A stretch of DNA of 57,987 nt, the filler included, from Sphacelaria rigidula (taxonomy: Eukaryota): NCBI GenBank assembly GCA_964200075.2. It is 7 parts of 7 records of this genome, joined end to end, with 100 filler letters (N's around TTAATTAATTAA, not from the genome) between each part and the next. Parts side by side here need not be neighbours in the genome. Positions count along the whole stretch, not along the records: positions 33,195 to 41,392 come from CAXNAA020011943.1; positions 41,493 to 49,690 come from CAXNAA020011944.1; positions 49,791 to 57,987 come from CAXNAA020011945.1; 4 more parts are not named here. One strand, 5' to 3'. The notes below the pieces were generated by a model that was not told the origin of the DNA, did not search any database, and saw only the letters and a list, made by a program, of their open reading frames with translations. Every line of letters begins with the position of its first letter. The first letter of the stretch is position 1. This document shows positions 37,818-50,218 of this stretch, in pieces. The position numbers and the translations under genes were made by a program.

Positions 37818-39955
37818 ATTTGGATCACCCGTGTATAGTGAAGCTGAAGGAGGTGTTCAACTCCCAGACGCATGTCTACATGGCCATGGAGGCGGTGAAT
37901 GGACGGGAACTCTTCGAAGAAATGGCGGAAAAGGGAAAAATGGACGAGACTCGAGCACGCGGTCTATTCGTGCAGGTGAAGTATTACAGAAAAATTTAAA
38001 GGAGAAATAATCGACGCGGGAGGAGGAGGGAGGGGGGGGGGGTTCTCATTATTTTGCATACCATAGTCAGCTGACCGTTGACCTCGCATCCCTACAAAGC
38101 CGGGACGGAGCACGCCGGGTTTTCGCCATACCAGGCTCGCATCAATCACGAAGCGTGAGCTGCATCCTGCCAAGACAAGTCGGCTTGAAGCGCGCTGATT
38201 TTCTTGAATGTGGATGGCAGCCTATAACAATGAGATTGCATTGCTTCATTTTTTGGTATTGGCACGTCCAGAGACAACCACCGCTTATGCACTGCTGCGT
38301 GAGTGTGTCACCATTTGAGTACAACGTATTATGACCATCTCCTTTCCGCGTAGTTGAGGTTTTCCCACGCCGCACAATATGATCTAGCTCGACCACCATC
38401 ACGGCTACCACAAACGAAACGGGAGCAAGCAAAGTATCGTTAACCTGGTTGCCAAGCTTACGCAGTGAGTAGCGTGTTTTTACAGTGTCATCGCCTACCG
38501 ACGCTAACCCCACAGGGCGTCCACCGCTACAAAGCCGGGACGGAGCACGCCGTGTTTTCGCCGGACCAAGGGGGAGGGCAGCGGGGGAGAGACAATCCAG
38601 AGTGTTTTTTTTCTGTTGTTGTTGTTGTGTCTTCTTCACAGTCCGCCATTTGTTTGTCTATCACCGGCCGATGGAGTGGTAATGTTAACCCTTTGGTGGC
38701 GAGAATAGGTCATTTGTTGAATCGGCATCGATATCACTTGAGAAAACTATGCAGGATCCAGATGGACTTGCCCCGCGGCCAAGGGGTGAAGAACTGCCAA
38801 TAAGTTAACATCTGCAAGGATTCCATACGCTGGACAGTAGAGGACGTTGACTAAAAATTTACTGCATACAGTACGCGGTCATAATCACGAGATGGGCGTA
38901 CCCAGAAGAAATAGAAACGGAAGCACGTGCGAAGGGGAGCTCGAGAATGATGAAGATGAGAGAGAGGGAAAACAGGGCAAACTGAAAGAATAAATAAGGC
39001 CGTGTCTTTAGGCCGCTTCCTACAGTAGACACCAATAAAAATCTTGAAAGTTGCCTGCCTTTTTGGAGCTCTGACGTAGTTTTACGCCCTAAAAGAGAGC
39101 TAGGCGGGTTTTGACACCTTGAAATGCCTTGCTGTACGCGTTGAGACGGTTCCAGCACACCTGTGCGTCTTTCCGGTGGCTGCAGTTTTTTTCTTGCCCA
39201 TCTTACATTTTTCTCGCGAGACCGGTCACGTCCACTAAAACTTTGCAATTTTTTGTGGACTTGGCCGATATCCGGGAAAAATGGGCCGTCTCCGAGACGA
39301 ATGCAAGTTTGGGCAAGGAAAGATTTGCGACCATCTGAAAAAGGCGTGCTGGAACCGTCTCAACGAGTACAGCAAGACATTCCAGGGTGTCAAAATCCGC
39401 CATCTCTCTTTTGGGGTGTAAAACGACGTACAGTAGAAGCTCCGAAAAGGCACCTTTCCACATTTTTTGTTTTTGTCTAGGATAAGAAACAACCCCATGG
39501 AGAAGAGAAAATGGTGTCGAGAGAAACGTGCGATGGAACGAATCGAAGTCTCTCGTGCCTGATACGTCCACGACATTGATGTCCTCAATCATGTGAGCAA
39601 ATATATGCCGTGGATGTATCAGATGCGAGCGAAATTCGATTCCACCGCGCGTTTTCGACACCAAAAGGAGTTGGTGAAGGCACGGCTCAACAGATAGGAA
39701 ATACCAAGATGGAGCGATGGAAAGAAATGGGGGCAGGGGGGGGGGGAGGGAGAAGAGGAAAAACGCTTAAATAGATCTAGTGCAGTACCGGTCCTGCCAA
39801 GAATTGAAACATCAAGTTGACATTCCTCTCATTAATGTGTAATTATTTTTGTGCAGGTGATGGGAGCGATCCGGTACATGCATAGCAGGGATGTCGCGCA
39901 TCGAGATATAAAGCTGGAAAACCTGCTGCTCACTCAGGATGGCAACACTATCAAG
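37818..39955 (+). CDS. Ser/Thr protein kinase, CAMK/AMPK-like; two internal exons
   Basis: Exon 37818-37975 (LDHPCIVKLKEVFNSQTHVYMAMEAVNGRELFEEMAEKGKMDETRARGLFVQ) and exon 39857-39955 (VMGAIRYMHSRDVAHRDIKLENLLLTQDGNTIK) cover subdomains IV-VIb, including the HRDIKLEN catalytic loop. The remaining exons were not found and probably lie in the flanking gaps. Confidence 0.92.
38017..38250 (-). repeat. Related family D' copy (long)
   Basis: G-tract followed by ttctcattattttgcat...gccgggacggagcacgccgggttttcgcc; continues in homology with 49791-49960. A partial copy lies at 38528-38570. Confidence 0.78.
39030..39480. mobile_element. Foldback element family E (in the kinase intron)
   Basis: Inverted arms of ~130 bp (ggcgggttttgacacc...cttgctgtacgcgttgagacggttccagcac and gtgctggaaccgtctcaacgagtacagcaag...ggtgtcaaaatccgcc). 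Confidence 0.8.
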
Positions 39956-40004
39956 GTGGGTACCTTCAGGACGAGGTCGCGCGGGAGGGGGGGAGTGGGG
40001 GAGC

Positions 40005-40109
40005 GGGGGGGGTTCTCATGATTTTGCATGCCGTACGTCGTCATCTGACCATTGACGTCGCATTCCTACCAAGCCGGGACGGAGCATCTCGGGTTTTCGC
40101 CGGACCAAG
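40005..40109 (-). repeat. Family D' copy
   Basis: G-tract followed by ttctcatgattttgcatgcc...gccgggacggagcatctcgggttttcgccggaccaag. Confidence 0.78.
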
Positions 40110-40430
40110 AGCACTGTTTATTACTTTTCCTTGAGCGAGTGCTTCAGTTTTTTTCTGTCTTGGGTACGTGTATCACGTGACGCACGGCTGGATACCTGGG
40201 CTCTCAGGGCCTGTCTTGGCACATGAGTTCTCGATCGAAAAAGTGCGGTGGAAAACAAAATCTGATGGGTCGTAATTTCAACCATCGTCGTCAATCTTGA
40301 AGATGGTTGTAATCATGGCCTATCAGATTGGGATTATTGTTTTCCACCGCACTTTTTCGATCGAAAACTACTGTGCCAAGACAGGACTTCAGTTGAAGTG
40401 CGACAATCAATCAATCAGGCTCGGGAGATT

Positions 40431-40572
40431 GGGGGGAAGGGGGGGAGGGGGAGAGGGGGGCGTACTCATCTGTTGCTTTGCCTTGGTCGTTTGGCCATTG
40501 ACCACGCATCCCGTACGAGACGGAACACCGTCCCTACTCCTAATAGAGACACCTCCAACATTTAGGTGCTCA
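40431..40572 (-). repeat. Family D copy
   Basis: G-rich tract followed by cgtactcatctgttgc...agagacacctccaacatttaggtgctca. Confidence 0.8.
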
Positions 40573-40849
40573 AAGTAGAAGGGGGGGTATCAGGAGCACA
40601 TGCAAATTGACATTTCAAAATTGACTGCAGATCTCAAGATAGAAACAGCCACCTTGGTTTCCCTTTACGCGAAAATATGAAGAGATGGTTTACTGGTTAA
40701 CTGGACACCGCGTGAACATCTCTACGCACAAGTTACTTTGTAGGAGAAACTCTAGCTTAACTCCACTAACCTCTCTCTCGCAAGGTTCTCTTCTGAACTC
40801 TGGTTCCTCTGACAACTGTCGTGCCTGCATCAACCCGTGTCCTGTGTGT

Positions 40850-40969
40850 GGGGGACGTACTCGTTTGTTGCCTGCCTTGAAGTCATTTGACCATTGAGCA
40901 CGCATCTCTTTCGAGACGGAGCACCGTTCCTACTCCTAGTAGAGATTACCTGCAACATTTCGGTGCTCA
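40850..40969 (-). repeat. Family D copy
   Basis: ggggg-acgtactcgtttgttgc...cctgcaacatttcggtgctca. Confidence 0.8.
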
Positions 40970-41392
40970 TCACGTTTTTTCCATTCATGACACTTGAATC
41001 TGCTGCATATCTCAACCCCTTCCTGTTTCGCCATCTGTGGCCACGATCTATGTTCTGATGCACGGATTGTTGTGTCGCTGCTATCTGCAGTACCAAACGA
41101 TTTCATATCATATTCGTTTACTCCCCACTTTCCTCCCTCTCACACGTCGCGGACCTCCTTGTATAGCTCACATTTTGCCACCATATGAGTTCTAGTCTCA
41201 ATTGCTTGTCACAGGGGCAATTATGTAGTCCCGGAAGTCCTGTGCTCACTCACGATCATGCATGCCATAGTCATCAGGCCATTGACCTCGCATGGAAGTC
41301 CTGTGGGGGGGGGGGGGGGGGGGAAATAAATATGAAGGAGAAAAAAAGAGGGGATGGTTCTTCTATGCAGTAAAGGAAAACAGAGGTTCTCT

Positions 41393-41492
41393 NNNNNNNN
41401 NNNNNNNNNNNNNNNNNNNNNNNNNNNNNNNNNNNNTTAATTAATTAANNNNNNNNNNNNNNNNNNNNNNNNNNNNNNNNNNNNNNNNNNNN
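41393..41492. other. Assembly gap with artificial linker
   Basis: 100-bp N block with TTAATTAATTAA. Confidence 0.97.
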
Positions 41493-41551
41493 ACTCATCA
41501 TACTAAAACCAAGTAATTTTCAGACGAATCATTATTTGTCCGACCCTTGAA
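41493..41551 (+). repeat. SINE-like family 2, 3' fragment starting at a gap
   Basis: Near reverse complement of 16414-16475. Confidence 0.75.
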
Positions 41552-42366
41552 TCGTTGGAACAAAAGTCTACTTGCAAGCACGGGCGCGTGTACGTTATGC
41601 ACAGAATACGGAGTGCCTCTTCACTCCACACCGCAAGGGGACGAAAATACACAATTCACGCACTGACAGGGCAGCACTCACAATTCTTCTCCCTGACAAG
41701 ATAAAGAACAAAATTGGACGCGCACACATGGCACACGATTTTACACAAATGTGGCGCAGTGCTTCACCTACATGAAACGAAACTATATCCATACATGCCT
41801 TGTGAGCAGTGTTCAGGCATGGTGCAACACAGCAGAATTTGAAACACAAACAAAATACAAAGGGGAAAACAGGGTACCTAGCTGCTAATGCTGCTGGTGT
41901 CGTCACGGGCATTTCGCTCTCGTGTTCAAGCCAACTTGAACAAATTGATAGGTCGAGGTTCCCCTCACCCGCTGCACCAAATCCATACACATGAAAAAAA
42001 ACACGCACACACATTCGATCAGAAGAGATTTATGCCTGTTACTACCCCTTTCCGCCCCCAATGAAAAAAATTGCTTGAACCCCTGCCCAAGCCATCAGTT
42101 ATACGAGACGGCACGCACTCAGAAAGCTGAAAGCCAGCAATCATTAATCGAAAACGTATTCACCTACACTAAACACCAACATACCATCAAGAGCCACCAC
42201 GGGACGTGTCATAGCAGAGCCGCGACACTGATCATGCAAGGGGGTCAAAACCTAGTCCGTGGCACTACGACCCACGTTAACAGTGAAGAGCGAGTTCTCG
42301 AAGATCCAAGCGGATTCAATAAAAAAAAGCAAGTTCCCTTCGATCATACACCCAAACAGCAAGTCA

Positions 42367-45300
42367 TTACCGTGCCTCGAACGGCCAAAGACGGACTGTA
42401 GTGTCAGGATCCTTGTTCGTAATTTCTCCTCTCCACTCGCCGATGAGATGGATATACCCCGAGTACGGCTTTTGACACACGGCTGCCTCTGGTATCTCGC
42501 CGGCTTTGTGGTCGTTCATGGAAGATGCAATCATCACTCGAGCTGATGCCACAGCGAGCCCACTCACAAACGCTCTCACTCCGCCATCCTGCTCCTCGCC
42601 CAGAAAGTCATGTTCCAATAATTTGTTGTCAACACAATAAGCAAAACCCATGCGAAGCAAGAAAGATGAAGCATATTGAGCAGGCAGGGGGCAAAGAGCA
42701 AGTAAATCGCGTTGGTATGTACCGGCTTTAATATCGTGGGGAGAACATTTCGTTCGGGGTTACTCCCCGGGGTTGGGTACATCATTTCGAAGCCAACAGC
42801 CAAAGCCTGGGCGGTCAGCAGTCTGGTCAAAAACGTACACAATTCTCCAAGCTCATACCAACAGGAGACAACGGATAGATGAGAGGTGGGCAAATCCTCG
42901 ATGAATGGCGAAAAGCTGTGGATGACCGGTCAATATATCGGCCTTCGACGGTAAACTCTACAACGCATCGACGAAGCAAGTAGTACGTGTGCAGTCGTTC
43001 GCTCGCTCGTGTTTCCCAACATCGCCGCGCCATCTCTTCCATGCTCATGGCCGTAATACGCACATCTGTATCCTCAACGAATTGGTGAAGCCTGTTGGTG
43101 AGCCCGTCAGGATAGTCCTCCGCGATCAGACGCAGCACATCCTCAGCACGTCGCTTTTGCTGCCACATGTCATGGATAACGTTGGGGGTTGGGCTTGGCG
43201 TTATGACCTCGAAAAAAGGGTGTACAAAAAGACACGCGATATCCAGAGCTAGCAAGAGATCTCTCGAACCAATCTACATCGTCACCACCGGCTCTGTAAG
43301 AGACTCCTACTCGAGTCCGTTCACCTCGAAGGTTTGGACACACTTGGCAGTCCGACCGCATGAACCAACTCAACCGCTGCCTCCCCTTCACCCCTCGAGT
43401 AAGGGCGATCTACCGTAGTTCCCTGCCACGAAAAGGCTGCGTTGTCCTTCCTCGAATTTGGCCAAGGTGCCAATTTGAGGGGGAAAGTGTTGCGGCAGGA
43501 CGCGCTGCACCTTGGAACGAAAGTGCCGCCTGTATCTGAGTAGCGGGTGCAGTGAAAACCAAAAACTGATGAACATGACGATCCGGATCTGGTTTTTACG
43601 CCCTACATGTTGACTACTCATTTTACACAAATACCATCCGCAGCTATACGCTGAGATACCACGAGTAATGCCGCCGTGCCCCCGTCGTGGACCTGGTCCT
43701 AGTACTTGATGGATCCATATAAGTGTAGCAGTTCCTGGCGGGGCACCATCTACTCAAGTTAGATAGATGGCACTACCTTATTCATAAAACGAGTCGGTCG
43801 TATATTGCCGTGCATGGCTCATGGTTCTGCCCTGTGCTGTAGGAACGGGTTTCGGCGCCACCTGAGCGCAAGCTAAAAATATAAAGTCGATTGAAATGGC
43901 AATATTCTCGCAGCCGGGGTAACTTACGGAAGAGCGGTTGAGTTCGACCGTGAGCTGGAGGCTACACAGCTTCGTGTGGTGCATCACGGCTTGATTGTCG
44001 GCATCCAAGGCGATACGCGCCCTTTCCGAGGTGCCTATAGCATGACAGGTTCGAGACGATCCCACCAACTTCCACGGTTAAAATGGTCTTCGCCAAAAGG
44101 TTTCCATGTGCCTAGGCAACAAGAGGATGCCCATTCTACAAAGATGGTGTGACTTCACCGTGGCAGTGGTTCACGCCCCCTTCCCCCCCCCCCACCACCA
44201 CACACACCGCTACTTTTTTTGTAAGCAATACTCCGGGGCTAGTTCGCTTCACGCGGGTCGAAGGTGCATAGATGTCTCGTGCAGCTGATGCCAAAAATCA
44301 CCCAGAGTCATCGAGCACGGCCGCCACGGAATGTACAACAGAAAACTTGGACTTCGAAATCCGGATCAAGAGGTTGCGGTACGGCCATTACAGACGATCC
44401 CTACAGAAGCACGGCACAACATTACACATGTTAAACCCCCATCAGTTCCCTTAAGGTCGAGCTAGCGCTTTTTTAGCGTAGCTCCTCACCGAGTTATGAG
44501 AGCTACATGGCCTACGCATGTTTGGCCTGGATGACCTACCGGACGTAACTCGTCCGCACATGTTTGGTATCCTTCAAATGCAGCTTCACGCATAATATCA
44601 CGCCACCAAATGCCCGCAGACAATATAGTAGTTACTAAACCTGGAATCTAAATATTTTTACCCTCATCACAATTCAACACCATTACACCGCCAAAAACCA
44701 TACATAGACATGTCAGCTCCCTGTAGCTCGAGCTAGCTTTTGAGCTCATCTCCCTACTAAGCTATGAGAGCTACATGAGCTACGAACATTTGCCCATTGT
44801 GAGCTACCGCACGTAGCTCCTCCCCACATGTTTGCCCTGGATGAGCTGTGAGAACTGCGTAAGCGGTGCATGTTCGACCAGGGTGAACTATAAGAGCCAT
44901 ATGAGCTGCACGTGTTTGCTCTGGGTGAGGTACGGGACGTGGCTCACTCCCGCATGCCCGCCCTGGGTCAGCTATAGGGCGTACCTCATGTGCACATGTT
45001 TAGCCACGACTGAGTAACAGCCAGCAGATGAGTTACAGTACGAGCTGGGCCATGATCCGCATATTGTATTAATCGTCCAACCAAGGGGAAGGTGCCCATA
45101 TGCTCAAAATTCTGGGCCCATATTTTCTAATTGATTAAACCCCATGTCTAATAATTCCTATACCTAAGGGAGATAGCGTCCATACTAAAATCTCTGAAAC
45201 CCCCGATCGATGCATTCAGCGGATGACGAATTTTGGTGTGGACATTCCCTGGAGCATGGGAAGACGATAGATACCCTCACCTTTACCTAATCAAATCAGC

Positions 45301-48300
45301 ATATTACAAGCAGATGCGCTAGATTAGCTCAACCTGAATATCGCGTCTCAGTTTTTGAGAGTTATGCTACAAAATCACGTATGGAGAATCGCTAGTGCAT
45401 ATAAAAGCTTAAAAACACAGCCTTTTCATTTTTCTCGGGGTTTTGGGGCAGTTTTAAGGAGAAATGAACACTGCTTTTGGGCCTTATCTCAATTTTTAGA
45501 ATTGAGATTTGAAACTCAGGATAAAGAACCACAGAGGTATGCTGGATAAAAAAACAAAATGGGCCCTCAAATTTTTTGGGGGGGGGAGAGGTTCGGGCGT
45601 TCCCGTAAAAAAATGACGGTTTCCATACTAAAACGCCCTAAACCAGTGAAAAAATAAGAAAAAATCTCCCTGACCCACTTTGTTTCGTCAATTATGCCCC
45701 ACGGCCCACATAAAGTTTCAATGCACAAACACCAAACGTGGGCCAGTAAGTGGTCTGCAAAATACTGTTGGGAATTTATTCTAAACCCGTCACTGAACGT
45801 CCATTATACGGCCAACACTTAGAGTTGGACCCTGAAATTTGGTATGGACAATGAATAGGGCATGATAAAAAAATTACCAGTGCACACAAGGGTTTTTGTT
45901 TTTCTTCATGGGTTAAGGGCAATAATCAGTTTTCAGATATCGGTAAAGTGCCCCTGACTCATAAAAAAAGAAAAAAAAAAACTTGTGAGCACTGGTAATT
46001 TTTTTCATTGTGCCTTACTCATTGTCCATATCAAATTTCAGGATCCAACTCTAAATATTGGCCGTATAATGGGCCTGCAAACTACAGAATCGCTTCTCGG
46101 CTGGCCCAGCTGGTAGCTAACGAGCTGTCTGACGTGTGCAATTTCATCGTACGACACTGCGACTCGAGAGAGAAAGAAAAAAAAGACAAGGAGGAAGCAG
46201 GAAGATGGTAACGAATATATAGCAGCGATGGAACTCAGCGATAAAATAAACTCGTTTGCGACGATTGATGCGTCACCCACACAACAGTCATGTCACTCAT
46301 TGCTTTTGCCATACGCTACTAGTTCCGCTCCTGTCGAAACGATCGATTTCAACTCACGTAGGGTTTGTAGGTGCCCGACGTCTGGCCGTACAAATCAACG
46401 TTGAACAAGACTTGGTGTGTCCCCAATCCAAGATTCAAGCGATGCTCCTCCACGACCGACTTTAACTGCGACAAACATGAGTGTTTCGGACGGACAGCGG
46501 AAGGGGGGCGCGTTAAGGACGGAGATATTTATTTACACGCACGCAAGACGAGAACATATGGACTTTCGACAGCGTTTCACATCTCAGATCTCGTATCATT
46601 TCACTTCTTAAAGGAACATCTTTGTCGCCAGAGTTATTCATAGTGTCCCCTCTGCGACGTTCTTCACCTGTAGACAAGGGCTAGACGAGTTTGGGCAACC
46701 ACAAAATGAGTTCGTCCCCGGTCCGAGAGGATTCCAGCACACTGAAGCGATTCCTCATGCACGCGATTGACCGTGGGATAACGAAGGGTAACGAAGGGTC
46801 AAGCCGAGAAAAAATGCCAGCGAATGGCAAGAGAGCAGATCACGGCACTCCGCTAACCAGACATGTCACTGAGATTGCCGACAAAATGAACGAATTCTCA
46901 TCAAGGTGCAACTGCGGTATTGTCAGTCTTCAATCAATCTCAGACCTCGGGGTAAATCAACAACAGAATATTTACATCGATAACGGGGGGGGGGGGGGGG
47001 GGCCCCCAGGAATGAGTTTCGCGTGCACACCTCTTGGTAGCACTCCGTGATGTTGCCGGTCGCCGTCTCTGTTCTCCACTGCACCGCGATAAAGTTTCCC
47101 AAATCCCAGTCCTTGATACACGCGGAAAACAACAGGGGGTGAGAGACATCCAGGACATGCAAGCAAGGGTCGTGAGCAGATCTGGTGCGAGGGACACGTG
47201 AAATACGTCAGATGTAGAGGCAGGCACAACGGGAACGCGAAGGACAACAGCGCATATCACTACTTTGTGTCACAGAGCATGATATCGGAGTGATGCTACG
47301 GTAGGTGTGCACCAATATTTTGGAGGTTAGAATTGTTAGGAGCCCTTCATCTCATGCGAAACACGACCTATGAAATATGTGAGAGTACGTAACATGGACG
47401 TAAATAACGGTTCAAGGGGGGAAATAGAGGAGCCGAGCTGAAGCATGTACAGCAAACGCACCTTTTGCTCCTCCAAAATCATCCTCACAACCCCCATGAA
47501 AAATGGGTTTGGTCTCATGAACTGCATAGGCAGGCGCTCTAGTGAGCTCTTCCATGTGCTTTCCATTACGATCACCTGTATATCACCAGACATTCAGCAC
47601 GAACGACAGATGACAAACGACAAACATCGCCACGTATCAATACCGTCAAGCCCTGCAATATTGGATATGCGTTGAGATTGCCATTTCAAAAAACGTCGGA
47701 GATAGCAATATCGAGCACCGTATGCACATACCCGACACCATGTTGAAAGTAATATGACACCGCACTCCACGTGTTGGACTACATCCTAATTACGACCTAT
47801 ACCCCAAAAACGTCAAACGCCTTGTCCAGAATCACACTACGCGATGATCTTCTTCCGCTGCCAGTTCGCGTTTTATGAGCGTTACGCGCTGCCGAAATTC
47901 TTCTCAGACAAGTTACATGCCTCAGGTACGTACACCCCCAAGTTCGCGTCTCTTTACCCCATGTTTTCGTGTGCATCGAGCGTCTGACGAATTAGTGATT
48001 CGTCTGTAAATTACTTGATTTTAGTGTGATTGAGTCGAACCGTACGAATCAATCCTTGGGTTTTGTTTCAAGCCTTACATCCCAAGTGCGCGCAGCCTAG
48101 GCACGTGGAATGGCGCAAAAGTTGCGTGAAAAACTTTTTGATCAGCGGTCAACATTTACTTCCCTCTCGAGCAATCAGGCCTGAAAAATCGTGGAATTGG
48201 TGATTCGAACCGGCGATCATTCGTTCGAATCGTGGAGCGTTCTACCTCGGCTAACCATCGACCCCGGGCGCTTCGCAGGCTGCAAGTTCTCTGATCCGCG

Positions 48301-48514
48301 CAACGAACAGCTCGTTTGACAAAGGCTCTCGCTGAGCTTTCTCACCTGAGCATCTTTATAAGGCTTGAAATACTCCTTCATCTCGTGTTCTGTTCGCAAC
48401 CGGTGCATGATGACCTCGTGCTTTTCGGATTGAATGGTCTGTATTCGGTCCGCTTCAATTAGCCCCTTTCTCAGCATATTTCGGAATGTTGCCAAGTCCA
48501 ATATCCGGTGGTAC
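42367..48514 (-). CDS. O-fucosyltransferase-like (GT-B, POFUT/O-FucT-like) glycosyltransferase; 5'-partial, at least 6 exons
   Basis: In-phase GT-AG exons 48514-48346, 47575-47462, 47111-47031 (DWDLGNFIAVQWRTETATGNITECYQE), 46465-46358 (...QVLFNVDLYGQTSGTYKPY), 43159-43064, 42588-42367 (DGGVRAFVSGLAVASARVMIASS...CQKPYSGYIHLIGEWR...*). AVxWRxE, the hydrophobic strand ending in D, and the C-terminal SxYxxxIxxWR resemble the GDP-fucose-binding motifs of O-FucT proteins. A further exon at 48731-48685 is possible. Exon structure is well supported; the family call is by motif recognition only. Confidence 0.78.
44455..45035. repeat. Degenerate minisatellite-like block (gagctac / ctgggtgag / catgtttg motifs)
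   Basis: 44455-44570 is duplicated at 44725-44850, followed by further decayed ~40-bp units. Confidence 0.7.
45041..46113. mobile_element. Tc1/mariner-like non-autonomous element family B, complete (in an O-FucT intron)
   Basis: ta|CGAGCTGGGCCA ... TGGCCCAGCTGG|ta; TA on both sides, no transposase ORF. Confidence 0.82.
47985..48262 (-). mobile_element. tRNA-derived SINE-like family 2, copy 2 (in an O-FucT intron)
   Basis: Minus strand carries an A-box-like tagccgaggtag and B-box ggttcgaatc (48202-48211). The body is homologous to 13965-14245. Confidence 0.72.
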
Positions 48515-49690
48515 CTGCAAAAAATGTCGGCATTAGCGTCAGCGTCAACATGACGCCATCGTGCGGTGACTGCATTTTGCTCTTGCATGGATTTATTTTT
48601 TCGGAATAGTAGACACACCACTTTTCGCATCAGAATAGCCAGGACACATCGCTCCGCCGCGACCTGTGTCGACACACTTTGCACCTCACTGAGCGGAGTC
48701 TGTAGCCGACTTTTAGGAGGCAATTCATCACCTGAAAGTGAGACTCATGCTTGAAGTGGATACCGACTCATATATGTAACCACAATGCTCACCTTAACCC
48801 TAACCTACAGGAGAAGTGACGCTCAACCCTTTTGGGACCAAGCCCCCACTAACACAGGGTTAACCCTGTGTTAGTAAAATTACGAAAAATAAGTCTTCGA
48901 GCGACCTGCCCAATCACGTCGAGGCAAAATGCATCGACTAGACCTGAACGACCAGCGCGGGGATTGTTGGCGAGTGTGATGCCACTGCAAATATCGTGTG
49001 GGGGCCTCATCCCTGGCCCAGATAAGCCTTCTCAGGTTTCCAAGTGCAGGGTGGTCTCAGCTTGGTTTTATGGTATTACTTGCACTCAATATACCGTCTC
49101 TGAGTTTTTTGGCAGTGTTTTTCTTGTCCCACTTCTGTACTGAAACGCAGTACTTTATACTAAGACGGGGTGCACATGCTGCAATACGGTCATTTTCACG
49201 AGGCACTAAACGTAGGGGGGCCGTGGGTAAGACAAAACGCGCCACCGTCATTAATTCTGCTCATCCCTTCTGTATGCCGATGACTTGCAGTCCACAGTCA
49301 ACATGTATGTAGTAGGCGGGGATGAAGAAGCGGTATATAGGCAGTTGATCTCGGTAGCGGAGAATTGCCCAGAACATGCCAGGGAGATGCAGCGGCAGGT
49401 GCTGCTTCAGTCGGAGAGGCGTACTACGCTGCACTATACTATACTGCTGCATGCATGCGCGCCGCACCACTAATGCCGTTCGAAGAGAATTTGCCGCATG
49501 CAACAAAGGGGGAAATGGCAGCCAACCCCGACCACAAAGGGCTGTATGGCAAGGTGATGGGGACAACAGTATAATCCAGAGTACAAGTGGCGGGCGGCCC
49601 GCCGGTCGCCGCATCCTGTTGGGAGCTCTCTACCGCGACCCATACTACTTGCTACATTAGATGTACACTACCTAATGCGCACCCTGCACC

Positions 49691-49790
49691 NNNNNNNNNN
49701 NNNNNNNNNNNNNNNNNNNNNNNNNNNNNNNNNNTTAATTAATTAANNNNNNNNNNNNNNNNNNNNNNNNNNNNNNNNNNNNNNNNNNNN
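49691..49790. other. Assembly gap with artificial linker
   Basis: 100-bp N block with TTAATTAATTAA. Confidence 0.97.
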
Positions 49791-49960
49791 GGGACGGAGC
49801 ACGCCGGGTTTTCGCCGGACAAACGCTCGCACTCAATCACCAAGCGCGAAGGGCCGTGATATGTTCGGCGGGTCGCATGAAGGGTGAGCTGCATCCTGCC
49901 AAGGTTGTTCGGCCCGAAGCCTACTGATGATCTTGCATTTGGATGACAGCCTACAATGAG
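49791..49960 (-). repeat. Family D' copy cut by a gap
   Basis: gggacggagcacgccgggttttcgcc...gtgagctgcatcctgccaag is shared with 38101-38240. Confidence 0.75.
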
Positions 49961-50146
49961 TTGCGTGATTATCTGGTATCGCCAGGGGGGGTGGGAAGTT
50001 ATCATGGCATCGTTCCCCAGGTTCATCCAGATTCGTCCTGGGAAAAGTCCTTGATATTATGTGAAATTCCGTGTGTTGCCAGATCAAGATGTTTCTCGAT
50101 ATATAACGGATTGACTGAAGGTGAGAGAGTGTCTATCGTCTCCCCG

Positions 50147-50218
50147 TAAATCCGGTGTGGTACTGAAGTTAAAGTCTAAATCCGGTGTGGTATAGACTTC
50201 AGTACCACACTGGATTTA
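50147..50218. repeat. 72-bp hairpin or mini-MITE
   Basis: 23-bp arms at 50147-50169 and 50196-50218 (one mismatch); the loop repeats taaatccggtgtggta. Confidence 0.8.

Noticed and set aside
42827..43255. ORF as an intronless or viral pseudogene
   Set aside because: It is explained by O-FucT-like exon 43159-43064 with read-through into introns.
49316..49398. Plus-strand exon candidate continuing the kinase
   Set aside because: It has no kinase motif and lies beyond the convergent O-FucT-like gene.
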